Both the position numbers and the translations under genes were made by a program. From the human T2T-CHM13v2.0 reference genome, Homo sapiens, in the NCBI RefSeq assembly GCF_009914755.1, contig NC_060931.1: 64,000 nt of DNA. One strand, written 5' to 3'. The notes under the pieces are model-generated. The model searched no databases. It worked only from the letters and a program-made list of their open reading frames with translations, and was not told the origin of the DNA. Positions 51,150-64,000 of this stretch are shown here, piece by piece; the stretch's first letter is position 1; each line of letters begins with the position of its first letter.

Positions 51150-51520
51150 TCCAGTGCGCTCTGAGGTGCGTGGCTTGAACCGGCCTGGGAGGCGCCCGCA
51201 GCCCCAGGCCCTGGGAAAGCGCGGCTGCAGTGTCGCAGGTCCATGTGGGCCACGGTGGACCTAAGTAGGCACCGCACCCTGCAGCCTGCCCGGCCTGTGA
51301 AGTTTTTAGATTGTTCGGCCAGGCTGACTCACGCAGCTAAGGCAGGAAAATGTGCCCGAGGCGATTGCTGGTGGTATTCAAACAATCCTATTTTCTTTTC
51401 TATTTTTCTCTCCTCTGCCCGCCTTCAGTCCCTGTCCCCTTCCGTTCTCTCTTAGTGGCCTTTAGCAGTGGCGGGCCCAGCGATTGGTTCTCAGAGATAA
51501 AGGAACTTCTGTCTCCGACC
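51150..51520. promoter_or_regulatory. CpG-enriched promoter/enhancer-like patch
   Basis: Local GC/CpG rise in otherwise CpG-poor DNA, not matching a repeat I recognise; GGCGGG (51470), inverted CCAAT (ATTGG at 51483), AP-1 TGACTCA (51325). Confidence 0.55.
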
Positions 51521-52434
51521 TTGTCTGAAGATTGCTCCTCAAGTCTGTGAATTTCTTGAGGGATGTACATTCAAATAATGTTTGGAATTGTGTGTCTTCC
51601 ATTAAGATGTGTAATACACATATATGCACAGGTACTTCTTTGAGTTTTAATTTTTCTGACTTTAGAAATAACTTGAGTTGAGTTTTGTTCGTGAAAGCAG
51701 AAGATGGAAGGAGTAAGTGTCACAGGTCCCCCACTGCTGTCCTTCCTTTAATTTAACTTTGTAATGGGCCTATGCATTTAGAGAAGAGCCAGGGAGCTGA
51801 GCTACATATTTCTATTTTCTTGTATTTCCCTTAAAATGTATTATTTGATACAGAATAGGTAGGGTTGTCCTTACATGTCACTATCCTCCATATCTGAGGA
51901 CACATTTGTAATTTAGTGTCTACTTAAAAGCAAACTTATAATATAAAAAAGTAGTTTTAAACCAGAACAAATTGTTGTTATTTTGCCTTTTAAGAGAAGA
52001 AGCATATTTCATATCAGTGAGAAAATTGAACCCTCTGCTGCTACCTTTCCATTGCAGAGAGGTGGGAAGGGGACACCCAGAGGAGACAGTCTGTGTAGGG
52101 GACACTGATGAGTGTTTGGAGTTACAGTGGTAAGCCCTGAGCTGAGTTTGGGAGTCAGGGCTGGAGAAAAGGGAACTGTTCTTCCACCGGATGAATTTGG
52201 ATAGATATTCCCCGACGACAGGTGGGGTGGAGGGCATCAGAAGACCAGAGAATGGAGGATGAAGATTGGTGTGTTTGAGAGATTTAAAGTAAAAACTGAC
52301 CCCAAGATGTAAACTTGGGGTCCTCTATTTCCCAACTCATCAGTAAAGTCTGTACAGCACAAAGGAATTCTGTTGATCCTTCTTATTTTTTATGGAAATC
52401 AAGAAAAATGTGTAAGGCTCCTTTCGTGTGTGTG

Positions 52435-52690
52435 CATTCTTTCAACTAATATTTATTAAAATCTGCTGTGAAGCAAGTTTTATTCTAGGTGCTAGTGATA
52501 CAGAGGTGAACAAGAAAATAAGATTCCTACTCTCTTAATCCTTACCCTTGAGTGGGGGAGAACAGATGGTAAATAAACAAAAGTAAACAAGGTCATTTCA
52601 GAGAGCAGCAAGTTCCATGAAGACTAACAAAATGGTAGGTGTTGCAGAGTAACTGGGCTGGGAGTGGGAGGGTATGTCAATATCCAACCA
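52435..52690 (-). mobile_element. L2 3' end
   Basis: cattctttcaactaatatttatt...tattctaggtgctagtgatacagaggtgaacaaga. Confidence 0.75.
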
Positions 52691-52711
52691 AGAAATGAAA
52701 ACCACCTCAGG

Positions 52712-53250
52712 ATTTTTTTTTCCATTTTTAAAATTGTAGTAAGATACACATAATGTAAAATTTAGCACCTTCACTATTTTAAACTATTAAATGGTGTTAA
52801 ATATACTCATAGGTTGTACAGTCATCACCACCATCCATCTGCATCATCCTTTTCATCTTGTGAAACTGAAACTTTATACTCGTTACACAACACTCCCTGT
52901 TTCCCCCACTCCCCATCACCTGGCAAGCACCATTCTACTTTCTGTCTCTAAGATTCTGTCTACTCCAAGTACCTCATATAAGTGGAATCATACAGTATTT
53001 GTCTTTTATCTTTTTGTGATTGACTTATTTCACTTAGCATAATATCCTCGAGGTTCATCCATTTTGGAGAATGTGTCAGAATGTCTTTTCTTTTGAAAGC
53101 TGAAGAGTATTCCACTATATATGCATGCCGTATTTTGCATATCCAGTCATCCTTCAGTGGACACTGGAGTTGATTTCACTTTTTAGCTATGAACATGGGT
53201 GTGCAAATATCTCTTCCAGTCACTGCTTTTAATTCTTTTGGATAAATACA
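52712..53250 (-). mobile_element. L1MB 3' end
   Basis: catcaccaccatccatct...aaactgaaactttata...cattctactttctgtctcta...gtacctcatataagtggaatcatacagtatttgtc. Confidence 0.85.
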
Positions 53251-53386
53251 ATCACTTTGAGATTTTTTTTAAAAGATCTTTAATTCAGGGCATTTATTAC
53301 AAAATTAGTGGAATACTGGAGGAGCAAAAGGGGAGATTTTGCCAGTGGGAGGCAATTGGGAGATTAAAAGGAAGCGGGGAGGGAGA

Positions 53387-53798
<412 letters not shown>

Positions 53799-55099
53799 TC
53801 ACAGTTGCAAACAGCAGCAGGGGTCTTTCACCTCTGCTTTTCCACCCCTGAAAGTGATAGCAGCTTCTTGTTTTTATTCTCCAGATTCCTCCACCCAGAG
53901 ATGTGAGGCTTGTTTGCAGTTCTGTACACAGCACAGCTGAACCTTTTCACTCAGGTTCCTTTCCTCTTTCCACACAGCTAGATGACAACTCTAACCTCCT
54001 CAAGCACAATCCATGTTAGAAGGAAAGATCTAGAGAGATGCTAAAATAAGGCACACTAGGCAAAGTAGAGGGTTTGGTGCCAGTCTACATACGGCACGAG
54101 ATCCTCAGTCTGCCTTCCTTAGCCTATTTCCAGATCGCTGGCTGGCAGACGAGCCTGATCCCACTGCCTTGCCTCTGACCTAGAGTTACAGTCATCTTCC
54201 CTCCAAGTCTGAGCAGCCACACGAACCCCAGATACTTACATCTGGGAGCACCCCAGTGACAAAGCCAGTGACTTAATGTATTTAATCTATATGTATCCAT
54301 TATTTTGATAAATGTTTAACCATATATTTATTTTTAAATTGCAAGAATGGGATGGGAGGAAGTGGAGACACTGAGAACAGACAATTTTAAAATGTTTTTC
54401 CATAAATGGTAGCAGAGAATTCAGGCAATAGTTGGAGCAGTACATAAGATTAAGGGTTTTTAAGTTTGGAGATACCATGGTATTGTTGGAATAATACAGA
54501 AGGGCGGGAGAAATTGATGATGCAAGAATGAATGGAAAATGGCAGGAGCCTAGTTCCTGAGATAAGAAGGGATGGCTAGAGAGGTGTGGAAGACACACAA
54601 ATCAATAGCTGCAGGGCACAATGTGAAAACAAGAATTCAAGAGCAGTAGACAATCTAAGCGAGAAGTAAAAAGACCACCTACCCCAAGAATTCACAAACC
54701 TCTTGGGGAGGACATTGGACATTTAACAGGGAGTGGAATGATGGCTTGAGCAAATCTTACCAGATCTTATGGGGCAGGGTGACCCATTTTACGTCTGGGT
54801 TCATTCATTCCTTAAGTGGAAACAGAACATTTTAAAGCTGTTTCTAATTAAAATTCTGTCTGTTTTACCTTAGCCTTCCCTTTCTTAGTCTTATCTTTCA
54901 CTTTTTAACATATATTAATACTTTATATTCTAGTCAAATGGCACATTGGAAGTCCTGAACAAATGCTTGTTGAATTAAATAAATAAATTGGACTTATTTA
55001 TAAGAGACTTGAGGTCTCTTTGGCCTTGCCGGAGCTCTCAGTTCCTGCAGCCCATGTTTTCCTGGATCTGCACTTTTTAAAAAAAATTTCTTAAAGCAT

Positions 55100-55445
55100 T
55101 TTTTTTTCTTCCTGAAATAGTCTCTGCTTCATCTGTTTTTCTGCTTCTCAAAATCTTATTCCTTCTTCATGTCCAGCTTAAATACAACTTTGAGAAGGCT
55201 TTTTGACCTTTCCATCTAAATGTGATATCCTGTCTTCTGCATTCCATAGAATTTTCTTTATCTGGCTGATGTTTCTTACCCTGTGTCAGGAATTATGATT
55301 ATCTGTGGAGTTGTTAAAATGTCCTCTACTAGACTATGAGAACATTGAGAGCAGTAACCACATCTTATTCACCTTTATTTACCTTGAACCACTTGGCACA
55401 GCATCTTGTGTGTAGGAAGTTTTCAACAAATAGATTAATTTGAAT
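55100..55445 (+). mobile_element. L2 3' fragment
   Basis: ctactagactatgagaacattgagagcag...catcttattcacctttat...cttggcacagcatcttg. Confidence 0.7.
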
Positions 55446-55880
55446 TTAATTTTCCTACCCCAGTGCACTCATCAGCACACTGACAAAAACCAACTGAGGT
55501 CCTGCTGCATGGAGGCCTCCTCCTTTAGCTGTGGAACAACCTGTTAATCAGCTCAGACTACAGACACATACCTTGTTTTTATCACTCCACTTTCAGGATT
55601 AAAGATTTTTTTTTAACCCAAACACCTTTCTCATATCCCTTGCAGAAATACAGATACCTACAAAGGCACACACTGCATATATTCACATGTACGCTGTCTC
55701 AAACACATGTTCCTCTGCACGCTCAGGCATAAACACACATACGCTGTTTCTGTTTACATCCCCAAACAGAATCCTGATTAGTTTTTTTAAAATCAAGTTG
55801 ATTGTGGTATAAGTTCCATTTAGGAAAATTTGCCGTTTTATGGGGCATATGGTATATTTCTATGTATTTTAATAAGCACA

Positions 55881-55941
55881 TTGGATTAGCTAGGGTTCTC
55901 CAGAGAAATAGAACCAGCAGGGTATATGTGTGTGTGTGTGC

Positions 55942-55984
<43 letters not shown>

Positions 55985-56336
55985 CACACATATATATGTA
56001 TTCCATGGAATTGGCTTATGTGATCATGAGGACTGGCAAGTCCAAACTTCATAGAGCAGGCTGGAATCTCTCAGGCAGCAGCTGAGGCTGTGGTGCTGTG
56101 ATCTGGAGCAGAATTTCTTCTTCCTGTAGGAAATCTCAGTTTTGCTCTAAGTCCTTTCAACTGATTGATGAGGTCCACCCACATTATCAAGGATAATCTA
56201 ATTTACTTAAAGTCAACAGATCGTGGGGGTTAACCACATCCACAAAACACCTCCCCAACAATGCTTAGATTAGCGTTTGACAGCATGACTGGAGATTATA
56301 GCCTAGTCAAGTTGACACATAAAACTAATAATAACA
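55881..56336 (-). mobile_element. MLT2 (ERVL) solo LTR with internal (TG)/(TA) microsatellite
   Basis: ttagctagggttctccagagaaatagaacc...gcctagtcaagttgacacataaaact. Confidence 0.88.
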
Positions 56337-56359
56337 GGCATACAGTTGTGTCACCAATA

Positions 56360-56907
56360 CCATGGTCCCCTCTTATCCTCCAGGGATATGTTCCAAGATC
56401 CCCAGCGAATGCCCAAAAACATGGCTAGGACCAAACCCTGTATATATACTATGCTTCTTCCTATACATACATTCCTGTGATAAAGTTTAGTTTATAAATT
56501 AGGCACAGTAAGAGATTAACACAATCATTACTGAAAAATGGAACAACTATAACAATATACCAGCATCACTGCTCTTGGGCTTTGGGACCATTATCAAGTA
56601 AAATAAGGGTTATTTGAGCACAAGCCCTGCAATACCCTAACAGTTGATTTAATAACCAAGATGGCTATTAAGTGACCCAACAGGTGGGTGGTGTGTGCAG
56701 CCTGGATATGCTGGACAAAGGGATGATTCACATCTTGGGTGGGACAAAGTGAGGATGGTGTGGGACTGGAAGAGCTTTTATCATGCGATCAAAAGGGCAT
56801 ACAATTTAAAACTTATGAATTGTTTATTTCTGAAATTTTCCATTTAATATTGACCTCATGGAACTAAAACTTAGCAAAGCAAAACCTCAAATACATAAGG
56901 ACTACTG
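56360..56907. mobile_element. MER44B-like (Tigger7-derived) DNA transposon
   Basis: gtcccctcttatcc...ttccaagatccccag...ttataaattaggcacagtaagagattaac...ggactactg; TA dinucleotide on both sides. Confidence 0.85.
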
Positions 56908-58169
56908 TACCATAATCAAAGTAGTAGTTCATCCTTGTTGAGCTCCAGAAATTGATACTGCACTGGTGTTTTCCATGTAATTAAATGTCAAAACACTTCA
57001 CATTGTTCAAGCCAGGAATCCAAAAGTTATTCTGTTTCTTCCCTCTCCTTTCCTTTCAACACACAACCCATTAATGGGGAGATTTTCTGCCTCAAATCTC
57101 ATGGAACATTACAGTTCCATCATCTCAAAGAATTTCCTCATATCTCTTTGTGGTGAATTATCTCTACTCTCACCCCCCCATCCCTGTTAGTCGCTCATCT
57201 GTTTTCTGTTCCTACAGTTATGTCTTTTCCAGAACACCATATGAATGAATCCTACAGTATGGAACCTTTTGAATCTGACCCTTTTTCTTAGTATATGCAT
57301 TCAAGACTCACCCATGTTGTTGCATCTATCAGTAGTTTGTTTCTTTTTATTGCTGAGTAATATTCCTTTGTATGGAAGTACCATAGATCTCAATCCATTT
57401 TGTTATTGGGAGAGGTATTTCTCCTATATTTCTCTAAATCAGGCATGCTTCAGAAATTTTAAAATTTATAGGTATATATTTTGAAATACAAAAGTCTAGA
57501 ACATTTTTCTAGATGTAACCCAATCAGAAATCAGTAATAAAACACACTCTGCCCCATGCTGAAATAGCTATTTGGTCTTGGAATAAATGATTTTATTGGC
57601 CACATACAGTCAAGGCCAAGGTGAATTCTAAAGGCATCAGTCATTATAATCTTATTGGCACTGCAACACAGCCAAATATTTTAGGACTGACTCAGTTGAC
57701 ACTAATTGTCATAATGGTTTAAGGATAAGCCATGAAATCAGGGATTAGGGAAGGGCTGGATTCCTGACCTGGTCATGAAGATGCTAAAAGTCTTAACACT
57801 GTTAGTTAGACACAGCAGATGGTCAGCCATGACAGACCTATAGGTTACAACATAGGTGTCAGTCAGTCTGCTAACAGGGAAGAGTGAGTTTCATGCACAC
57901 GATCTGACATAATGGAACTCCTTGGGGTCTGTGCTCAAGAAGTCAAAGAAAGTGCACTATCTAGTCTAGTCCAGCTGGGCCAGTGCCTCTGTACTTAGCA
58001 GACCCCTGGGCTGCTGTGATGAAGCTTGTCCCTGTCTATGATGTAGGAGGAAGCCATATTTGTAGACGGATGATGGAATTTGAAGAAAGATCTGATTGTC
58101 CTATAAGTTCAATGCCAAAAGTTGGCTTCCTGGTTTCCACCGTTTGTCTGCTGAGTGTTTGTCTGCTGC

Positions 58170-60130
58170 AGTTGGCACATATTCATCTATAAGTTTCTAT
58201 GTATCCCTCACAGTGCTCAGAGATACAAGAACAAACAAAGCTGCCACGGTCTCTGCATTGATTGAGCATAAATTCTGTGGTAGAAACAGGCAGCATCAAG
58301 TCATTGAACAAAGAACCAAAACAATTACAAACCTTGATAAGTCAAAAGAATGAAGGAGATAAGGTGATGTTTAGAAGATTTTTGATGGGGTGGCAAGGAA
58401 GTCCTCTCTGAGATTTTTGAGAAATGAGAGCCAGGAGATGAGTTTGGAGGGAGAAAGTTATCAGAAGAAGGAACAGTACATGCAGAGGTCCTGATGGGAA
58501 AAAAAGCCATGTTTAAGAATTTCAAAGTTCCGTGGAACTGGAGCAAGCTGACAAAATGTAACAGGGGCATGGGACAGAGTCAGAAAGCGTGTCAGATCAG
58601 CAGTAGTGTGTGGCCAGGATAAGGAGTCTGGATTTCCTTTAGGGAAAGGGCAAGCCCTGGGAGGGTTCAGAACCCAGGGGTTAGATGCTCTGATTTCTGT
58701 TTTAAGAGGATTATTTTTGCCATTATGGGATAATTCATTCTAGTGTGACAGGATTGGGAAGGTGAGGGCAGTTAGGATGCAGTTACAAAAATCCAGGTGA
58801 GAGATGACAGTGATAAGAGAGATAAGAAGAGAGATACAGATAAGAAGATGGTGAAGAGATTTTGGAGGTGGGAAACCTCCCTACTAATGGATTTTGTGTC
58901 AAAGGCAAGGAGAGGGAAGAAACAGAATAATTTTTAGATTTGCGGCTTGAACAATCTAAAGAAATGTTTTGACATTTAATTTCACTGGAAAGATTGGTGC
59001 CATATCAATGTCTGAAGCTCAACAAGGATGAACTACTACTTTGGAATTGGAACATATGATTTATTATAGTTAAAGTTTTGGGAATTGATGAGATTAACTC
59101 AGAAGAAAGTGTCAGTGAAGAGAAGAGTCCCAGAGAGAACCTTGAGGAAATGCTATACTTTCTTCAGGAAAAGAAAAGGAGAAGACCAATAATACTGAGG
59201 CCAGTGAGATATTAATAGGAACACCAGGAGAATGTGCTGAAAAGGAAGTCAAGAGAGCAGTGCTTCGGGAGTGGGACAATCATCTGTGGGGCTGAAACTG
59301 TGGAAAGAGTGAAGAAAAGCAACTGCTTCCTGATTTTGGCAACATGAAAGTTATTGTTGACCTTGACAAGATTTGCTGGAGGGCAGTGGGTAGCATTTCA
59401 GAGACAATGGAAGGTAGGAAAGGGGAGGTATGATGTACATGAACAGCTCCTTTGGAGGCTTTGCTGTGGTGCTGAGAGGAGAAATGGAGAGTTATTTGGG
59501 ATCAGAAAGAGTTGGGAGGTTCAATTATAATTATTCAATTATAATTTAATAGTAATTATATGTGAAAAGAGAGATTCCTAATAGAGAGAAATGATGGCCC
59601 AGGAGAACAACGTGATGATGGCTTGGAGGAGGCAGAGGGAATACACATGGAGCATGGGTCTTGGGTAGGGAGAGGGATAGAGGGAAGAAAGAGAAGGCGG
59701 ATGCAGGTGCTTTGGGTGTGAAATTGGGAAAGTGAAGTAAGAGGCATTGCCATTATCTGAGAGAGGAAGGAGCCTAGAAGGCTGAAGGAGAGAGAAGAAG
59801 GTATGAAGTCATTTTTTTTAAGGAATTGAAAGACTGGATAAATGTAACCGGATTGATTGGTACTAATGAGGGCTCATGTAAAGTATGAATTTTCAGTGAA
59901 ACCATCATCTGGGTTGTGAGATTTTGTGCAGCTATGTTCAGCTGCTCTGGTGTAGGCAAAAGAAAGGAGGATAGCGGGCTCATTCAGGGCTAGTGTTTTG
60001 TAAGAAGAAAGGAGAGTGGAGGAAGGGAATAAGAATGTTAAAATGATGTGCCATGGATTCTAGGTTGAACAGTGTGGGAAGTAAACCCAAGGAGGGCATA
60101 GATGAACAGTGAGAAAGTGATGACACTTAA
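58170..60130 (-). mobile_element. Long L2 LINE relic
   Basis: Purine-rich reversed L2 (aatccaggtgagagatga, gttattgttgaccttgacaaga, ttttcagtgaaaccatc); boundaries approximate. Confidence 0.7.
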
Positions 60131-60669
60131 TAGTCTACCTTGATAATATCTTCACCCTGGGAAGCAAGATTAAAGCTGAAGTTTTCAGGCTAACAGGACA
60201 CATTGCCATGCGAAGAGAGAAAGGATCACTGCTGTAAGAACTTTATAACTGTATAACAATTTCCTGTTGTATGCTGTCATGAGCACACTATTTCCTTGTA
60301 GATTACTCAAATGCTTAGAGAAGAATCAAAGCCCTTTGTTTGTATTTGGGGCAGTAGGGAAGGAAAAACCTGTCGAGACTGTCCCACTGCAGAGCAGTGG
60401 TGCAACCCTAATGGATAAAACACAAGGAGGCAGCTTATCTGAAGAGGAGAGGAATGCTCATGGCCTGAAAAGGAGCTTGGGTCTGAGAGCAGCTGGGTAG
60501 AAACATCTGAGTAAGCTGATTCCACAGCGACCCTGGGAACCTGTGATTGAGGTCTCATTTTGTTATTGCTAATTATGGCTTAAAATAGCAATTTAGTTAT
60601 ATTTAAGTAACTCCAGCCATCTCCTCAATAGTACTTAACAAATGGAACCAGTTTCCCTATTAGAAAGGC

Positions 60670-60910
60670 AACACGCCATATTGAAAAGAATGTGGGCTTC
60701 AGGGGCACATGGATCTGACCTCAAGTTCTGACTCTGCCACCACTTGGCTCTGTATTCTTAGGCAAGTTGTTGAGCTTCTGTGAATCGTAATTCCCCGATC
60801 TGTAAAGCAAAGCTGATAATAATGTGTACTCACATATTTATTCTAAGGCATAAATTAACTAAAGTAAGAACATAATTTTGAAAATTGCAAAGCCATATGC
60901 AATGTTAATG
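60670..60910 (+). mobile_element. MIR SINE
   Basis: tcaagttctgactctgccacc...ttaggcaagtt...atctgtaaagcaaagctgataataat. Confidence 0.75.
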
Positions 60911-62689
60911 CAGTAGAAATGAATCCTAGTCCACAAACAGATGTGTAAGAAATACTGCTTTATAATTTTTTAAACATCATTTTAATCATGAATCTGAGTA
61001 CCCATCCACCTTTGAAAGGTTTGCAAGTCAGGTATTATTCAATGCCATCTCCTCCCACTCCAATAGTTAGTTAAGAGGCCTGGGGTTTTCTATTATACCG
61101 CAGCATTGCTTTGACACCTCAGGCCCTACTGGTTACTATGGAGACACCATTTGACTTTTTCAGGCCCAGCATTCTCCTTGGTAGGCTTGAGCAAGGTTCC
61201 ACCTCCTCAGATGAACTCTGTAACCATCCTTGCAGAGGAGACCCTGCAAGGGGGAAGGAACAGGCCTAGCTGAGGACCAAGGGACCTTTTCTCCTCTCGA
61301 GCCTTGGACAATGTTCCCTCTCTTTTCTTGCTCTCGAAAAACTTAAATCGCTGTGATCAGATTCTGGGACACTTAACGTTATCTTCTCAAAGAATTTTGG
61401 CTTTTATAAATTCAGAAAAAAAGCCATTACTCATGGGTCTTTTTGCTTTCAGCTCTACCCAAATTCCTAACAGAAGGAAGCCCTAAAGGACCTAGATTCC
61501 CTGTGGCAAAAATTAGGAGCAGGGCAGATAAAGAGAGGACAACTAAAACTATTTTAATAAATTATATCCCATGATGATTACTTTTGTTCATTTGCATGGG
61601 ATCCTTGGTGATCTTGTTGGATTGATTAACTTATAAAGGGACTGACTAATTCAAAAACTTGGAAAACATCAGCTTTGGGAACAAATGAGGTATATTTGAA
61701 AATTTCAATTCTTTAAAGAAGATACAGTTTAAATACCAAACACTGAATAGGAGATATAGGCATAGGCCCATTTGCTAATGCAGGCACTACTTTCTCTCTC
61801 TTTGGGAAAGCACTGGGTATGTAGGCATTATTTGGTGGATCAATACATATTAACGGAACACAAAAATGGATACTTAGATGCTAACATTTTTAAAGAATGC
61901 CTGCGGAGCAATGAAAAAAAAAAGTTTTGTTGAGTGCCTCGTGGCTGTATTCAGCAGACCAAGGAAATGAACATTGCTGGGACTAATTGTTGGAGTCAGT
62001 CCTGCTTGACTAGATGGTGGCTCAGTTAGCTAAGCACACAGCTCTACACCCCTCCCCCACCTTCCTGCACCTGCAACTTCAGCAGTAAAGTCCTCAATTC
62101 AAACATCGGTCTTGTGAGTTCAGAGCAACAGCAAGTGGAGTTGCCTTGTGGCATGTGAACAACTGATCAACATAAAGGCCCTAAGGAGATGCCAAATACC
62201 ATTAGAAAAGGCATCTTCCAGAATTAATGTGTAATAATGAAAATTCTTGCTCATTATCCAAAGTTCAAAAAAGAACCATGAAATATTATCTAGTTTCATT
62301 CCCTGGCTCTATGCAGCTTGAATGTACCACAGTCTTACCAATGATTACCCCAAATCTTCAGACAAGTCTATTGAGGCACAAAAACCATCCTTTTGCCTCC
62401 CGAGCCATTCCTACCTACTCCTACAGCCTGTTTGAGTCTAGGTTGAAACAGCTCAAAATTTATCAGTGTAGGAGATAACATCAAATGGCTAATGAGATAA
62501 AGTTCTAACAAGCCAGCATGTAGATTTGGGGAATGTATTTCTATTTTGCTGTGAGATTACTCAACCTGCAAAGAAAGAAACAGTGTACATCACATATCCT
62601 TCAAAATAATTTAACACTCTTATTTTTCTACCTATTTTTTAAAGTATGGGGTTGTATATAACTAAACCATTAAATATATGGCCAATAGT

Positions 62690-62830
62690 GCATTATTTCA
62701 CGAACCCATTGACAACATGTTATTGAGGTAAGTGAGGTAAGAAAACTGAAGTCCAAAGTGGTAAAGAAAATGGCCAAAGGTCACACAGTCAAGCATGGGA
62801 AAACCTGATTTAAACCAAGTTGTAGCTTTA
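62690..62830 (-). mobile_element. MIR fragment
   Basis: gaaaactgaagtccaaagtggtaaagaaaatggccaaaggtcacacag. Confidence 0.6.
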
Positions 62831-63399
62831 TGATTACTAGGCATTTTAGAATGCTTCGGAATGCTTTTTTAAATTCCCTGTCCCTTCTACCTTATTCTTA
62901 GTTTTGATCCATCAGATTTTGAATGTTACAAAAATATTCCTCAATATTTGATGAAATAGAGTCAATCTCTTGGTTTCCTTATTGTTTCTGAACTGGTAGC
63001 TGGAGTCCTCAAGGCTGAATTAACTAGGACATGAAGGCTGAACAGGTTTATAACTTCAGCCTTCATTTGACAACTTTGTTGTCTAATTTCTCCAGTTTAA
63101 TTATTTAAGGCTCAAAACACTTCAGTGAGATCTGTGTGTTAACCCCAACTCTGAGAATAAATTATTAAAAGAAATGGATGCTAAAGAAATGATTGACACG
63201 TGTGCTAAGTCAGCACAAACTGACTTTAAGTCATCTTCTACCCCTTACCTTGCTGAAATGTGGTGTCTGGGTGGGGAAAAGGACAGCATAGTTGGATCCT
63301 GCTTCCTAGAAACAGTAGAGACTCAGGTTTATCTGTGACTCCTCAGCCCTGTGTGACCACCATTTTGCTTGGTCCACCAGCACTTCTTTCTGTAGGTGA

Positions 63400-64000
63400 A
63401 GCCCGGTCCAGTCTAGACCCCATAAGCATTCTCATCATTGTCTTAACTACCATCCTAAAATCCCTTGTCCTCCAGTCTCCAGCCGCCTGCATACTAATCA
63501 CATATGTAGCCTTCAATAGACACCTTTCTCCATTGCTAGAGGAAGACTTGAAAATGTGCACCTCTTTCCACTCCAAGCACACATCGTGCAAGTTTAAGCA
63601 CTTAATGGCTCAGCAATATTTTAAACTATCTTTTCTGGTTTAATGATCTTGTCCTCCACCCATTCCCAGCCACTCATATCCAGAGAGAAACGTTAAACAT
63701 TGTTTCTAATAATAATTGCAGAATCTCAATCTCCATCGTCACAATTTCTGACCATCTGTACTTCCCACATTTCTAGCCAACTCCCTCTACTACTCTTACT
63801 CAGATAATTTTTAAAACCCCCAGTAACACTCAAGCCGTTAACTTTAATACATTTTCTCTGTCCATTAACCTCCTTTCATCCCTGCCCCATAGTTATCCCA
63901 CTAAGATGCCATGAATTGTCATGTATTGCTCATATCCACTCTCAAGAGTGCATTACACTCACGAGGAAAATGCCAGCCCTAGTTATGTCTCCACCTACTC
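63400..64000 (+). mobile_element. L2 internal (endonuclease-region) relic, runs off the window
   Basis: aatgatcttgtcctccacccattcccagccactca...aatctcaatctccatc...tctgaccatc resembles the L2 body. Confidence 0.55.

Larger units (their letters stand above)
55783..57390 (-). mobile_element. L1ME1-like 3' end split by several insertions
   Basis: Collinear host pieces at 55783-55880, 56337-56359, 56908-56923 and 57105-57390 (acagttccatca...tttttattgctgagtaatattcc). Confidence 0.7.

Noticed and set aside
62006-62023. Second CTCF-like motif (tgactagatggtggc)
   Set aside because: Lacks the conserved CC at the start of the core; too weak

Overview
Primate (very probably human) non-coding, AT-rich genomic DNA dominated by transposable elements. 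I find no recognisable protein-coding gene, and the ORF track is explained by chance ORFs and decayed TE frames. The main feature is a 5.44-kb two-LTR HERV-H provirus of the young LTR7Y type on the minus strand (29956-35395). It has a perfect GTTTC target-site duplication (TSD), a tRNA-His PBS, decayed gag/RT/IN and an apparent deletion of most of the protease. Also present: a THE1D MaLR element with internal sequence sitting head-to-head with an ERV1 solo LTR; two THE1 solo LTRs; MST, MLT1, MLT2 and LTR1-like LTRs; five Alus; several nested L1M/L2/MIR relics; MER5, MER44, MADE1 and Tc2-like DNA transposons; and a full-length U6 retrocopy. Unique sequence at about 50.8-51.5 kb has a CTCF motif, a CpG-enriched promoter-like patch and three tandem minus-strand splice donors. 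A TATA-box/endoderm-motif cluster lies at about 47.6-47.9 kb. The most interesting hypothesis is a cluster of TE-derived early-embryo regulatory elements: DUX4-motif THE1 LTRs plus the KLF-motif LTR7Y, possibly tied to a minus-strand lncRNA. This is inference, not demonstrated. Repeat subfamily names come from recalled consensus sequences and need RepeatMasker/Dfam confirmation.
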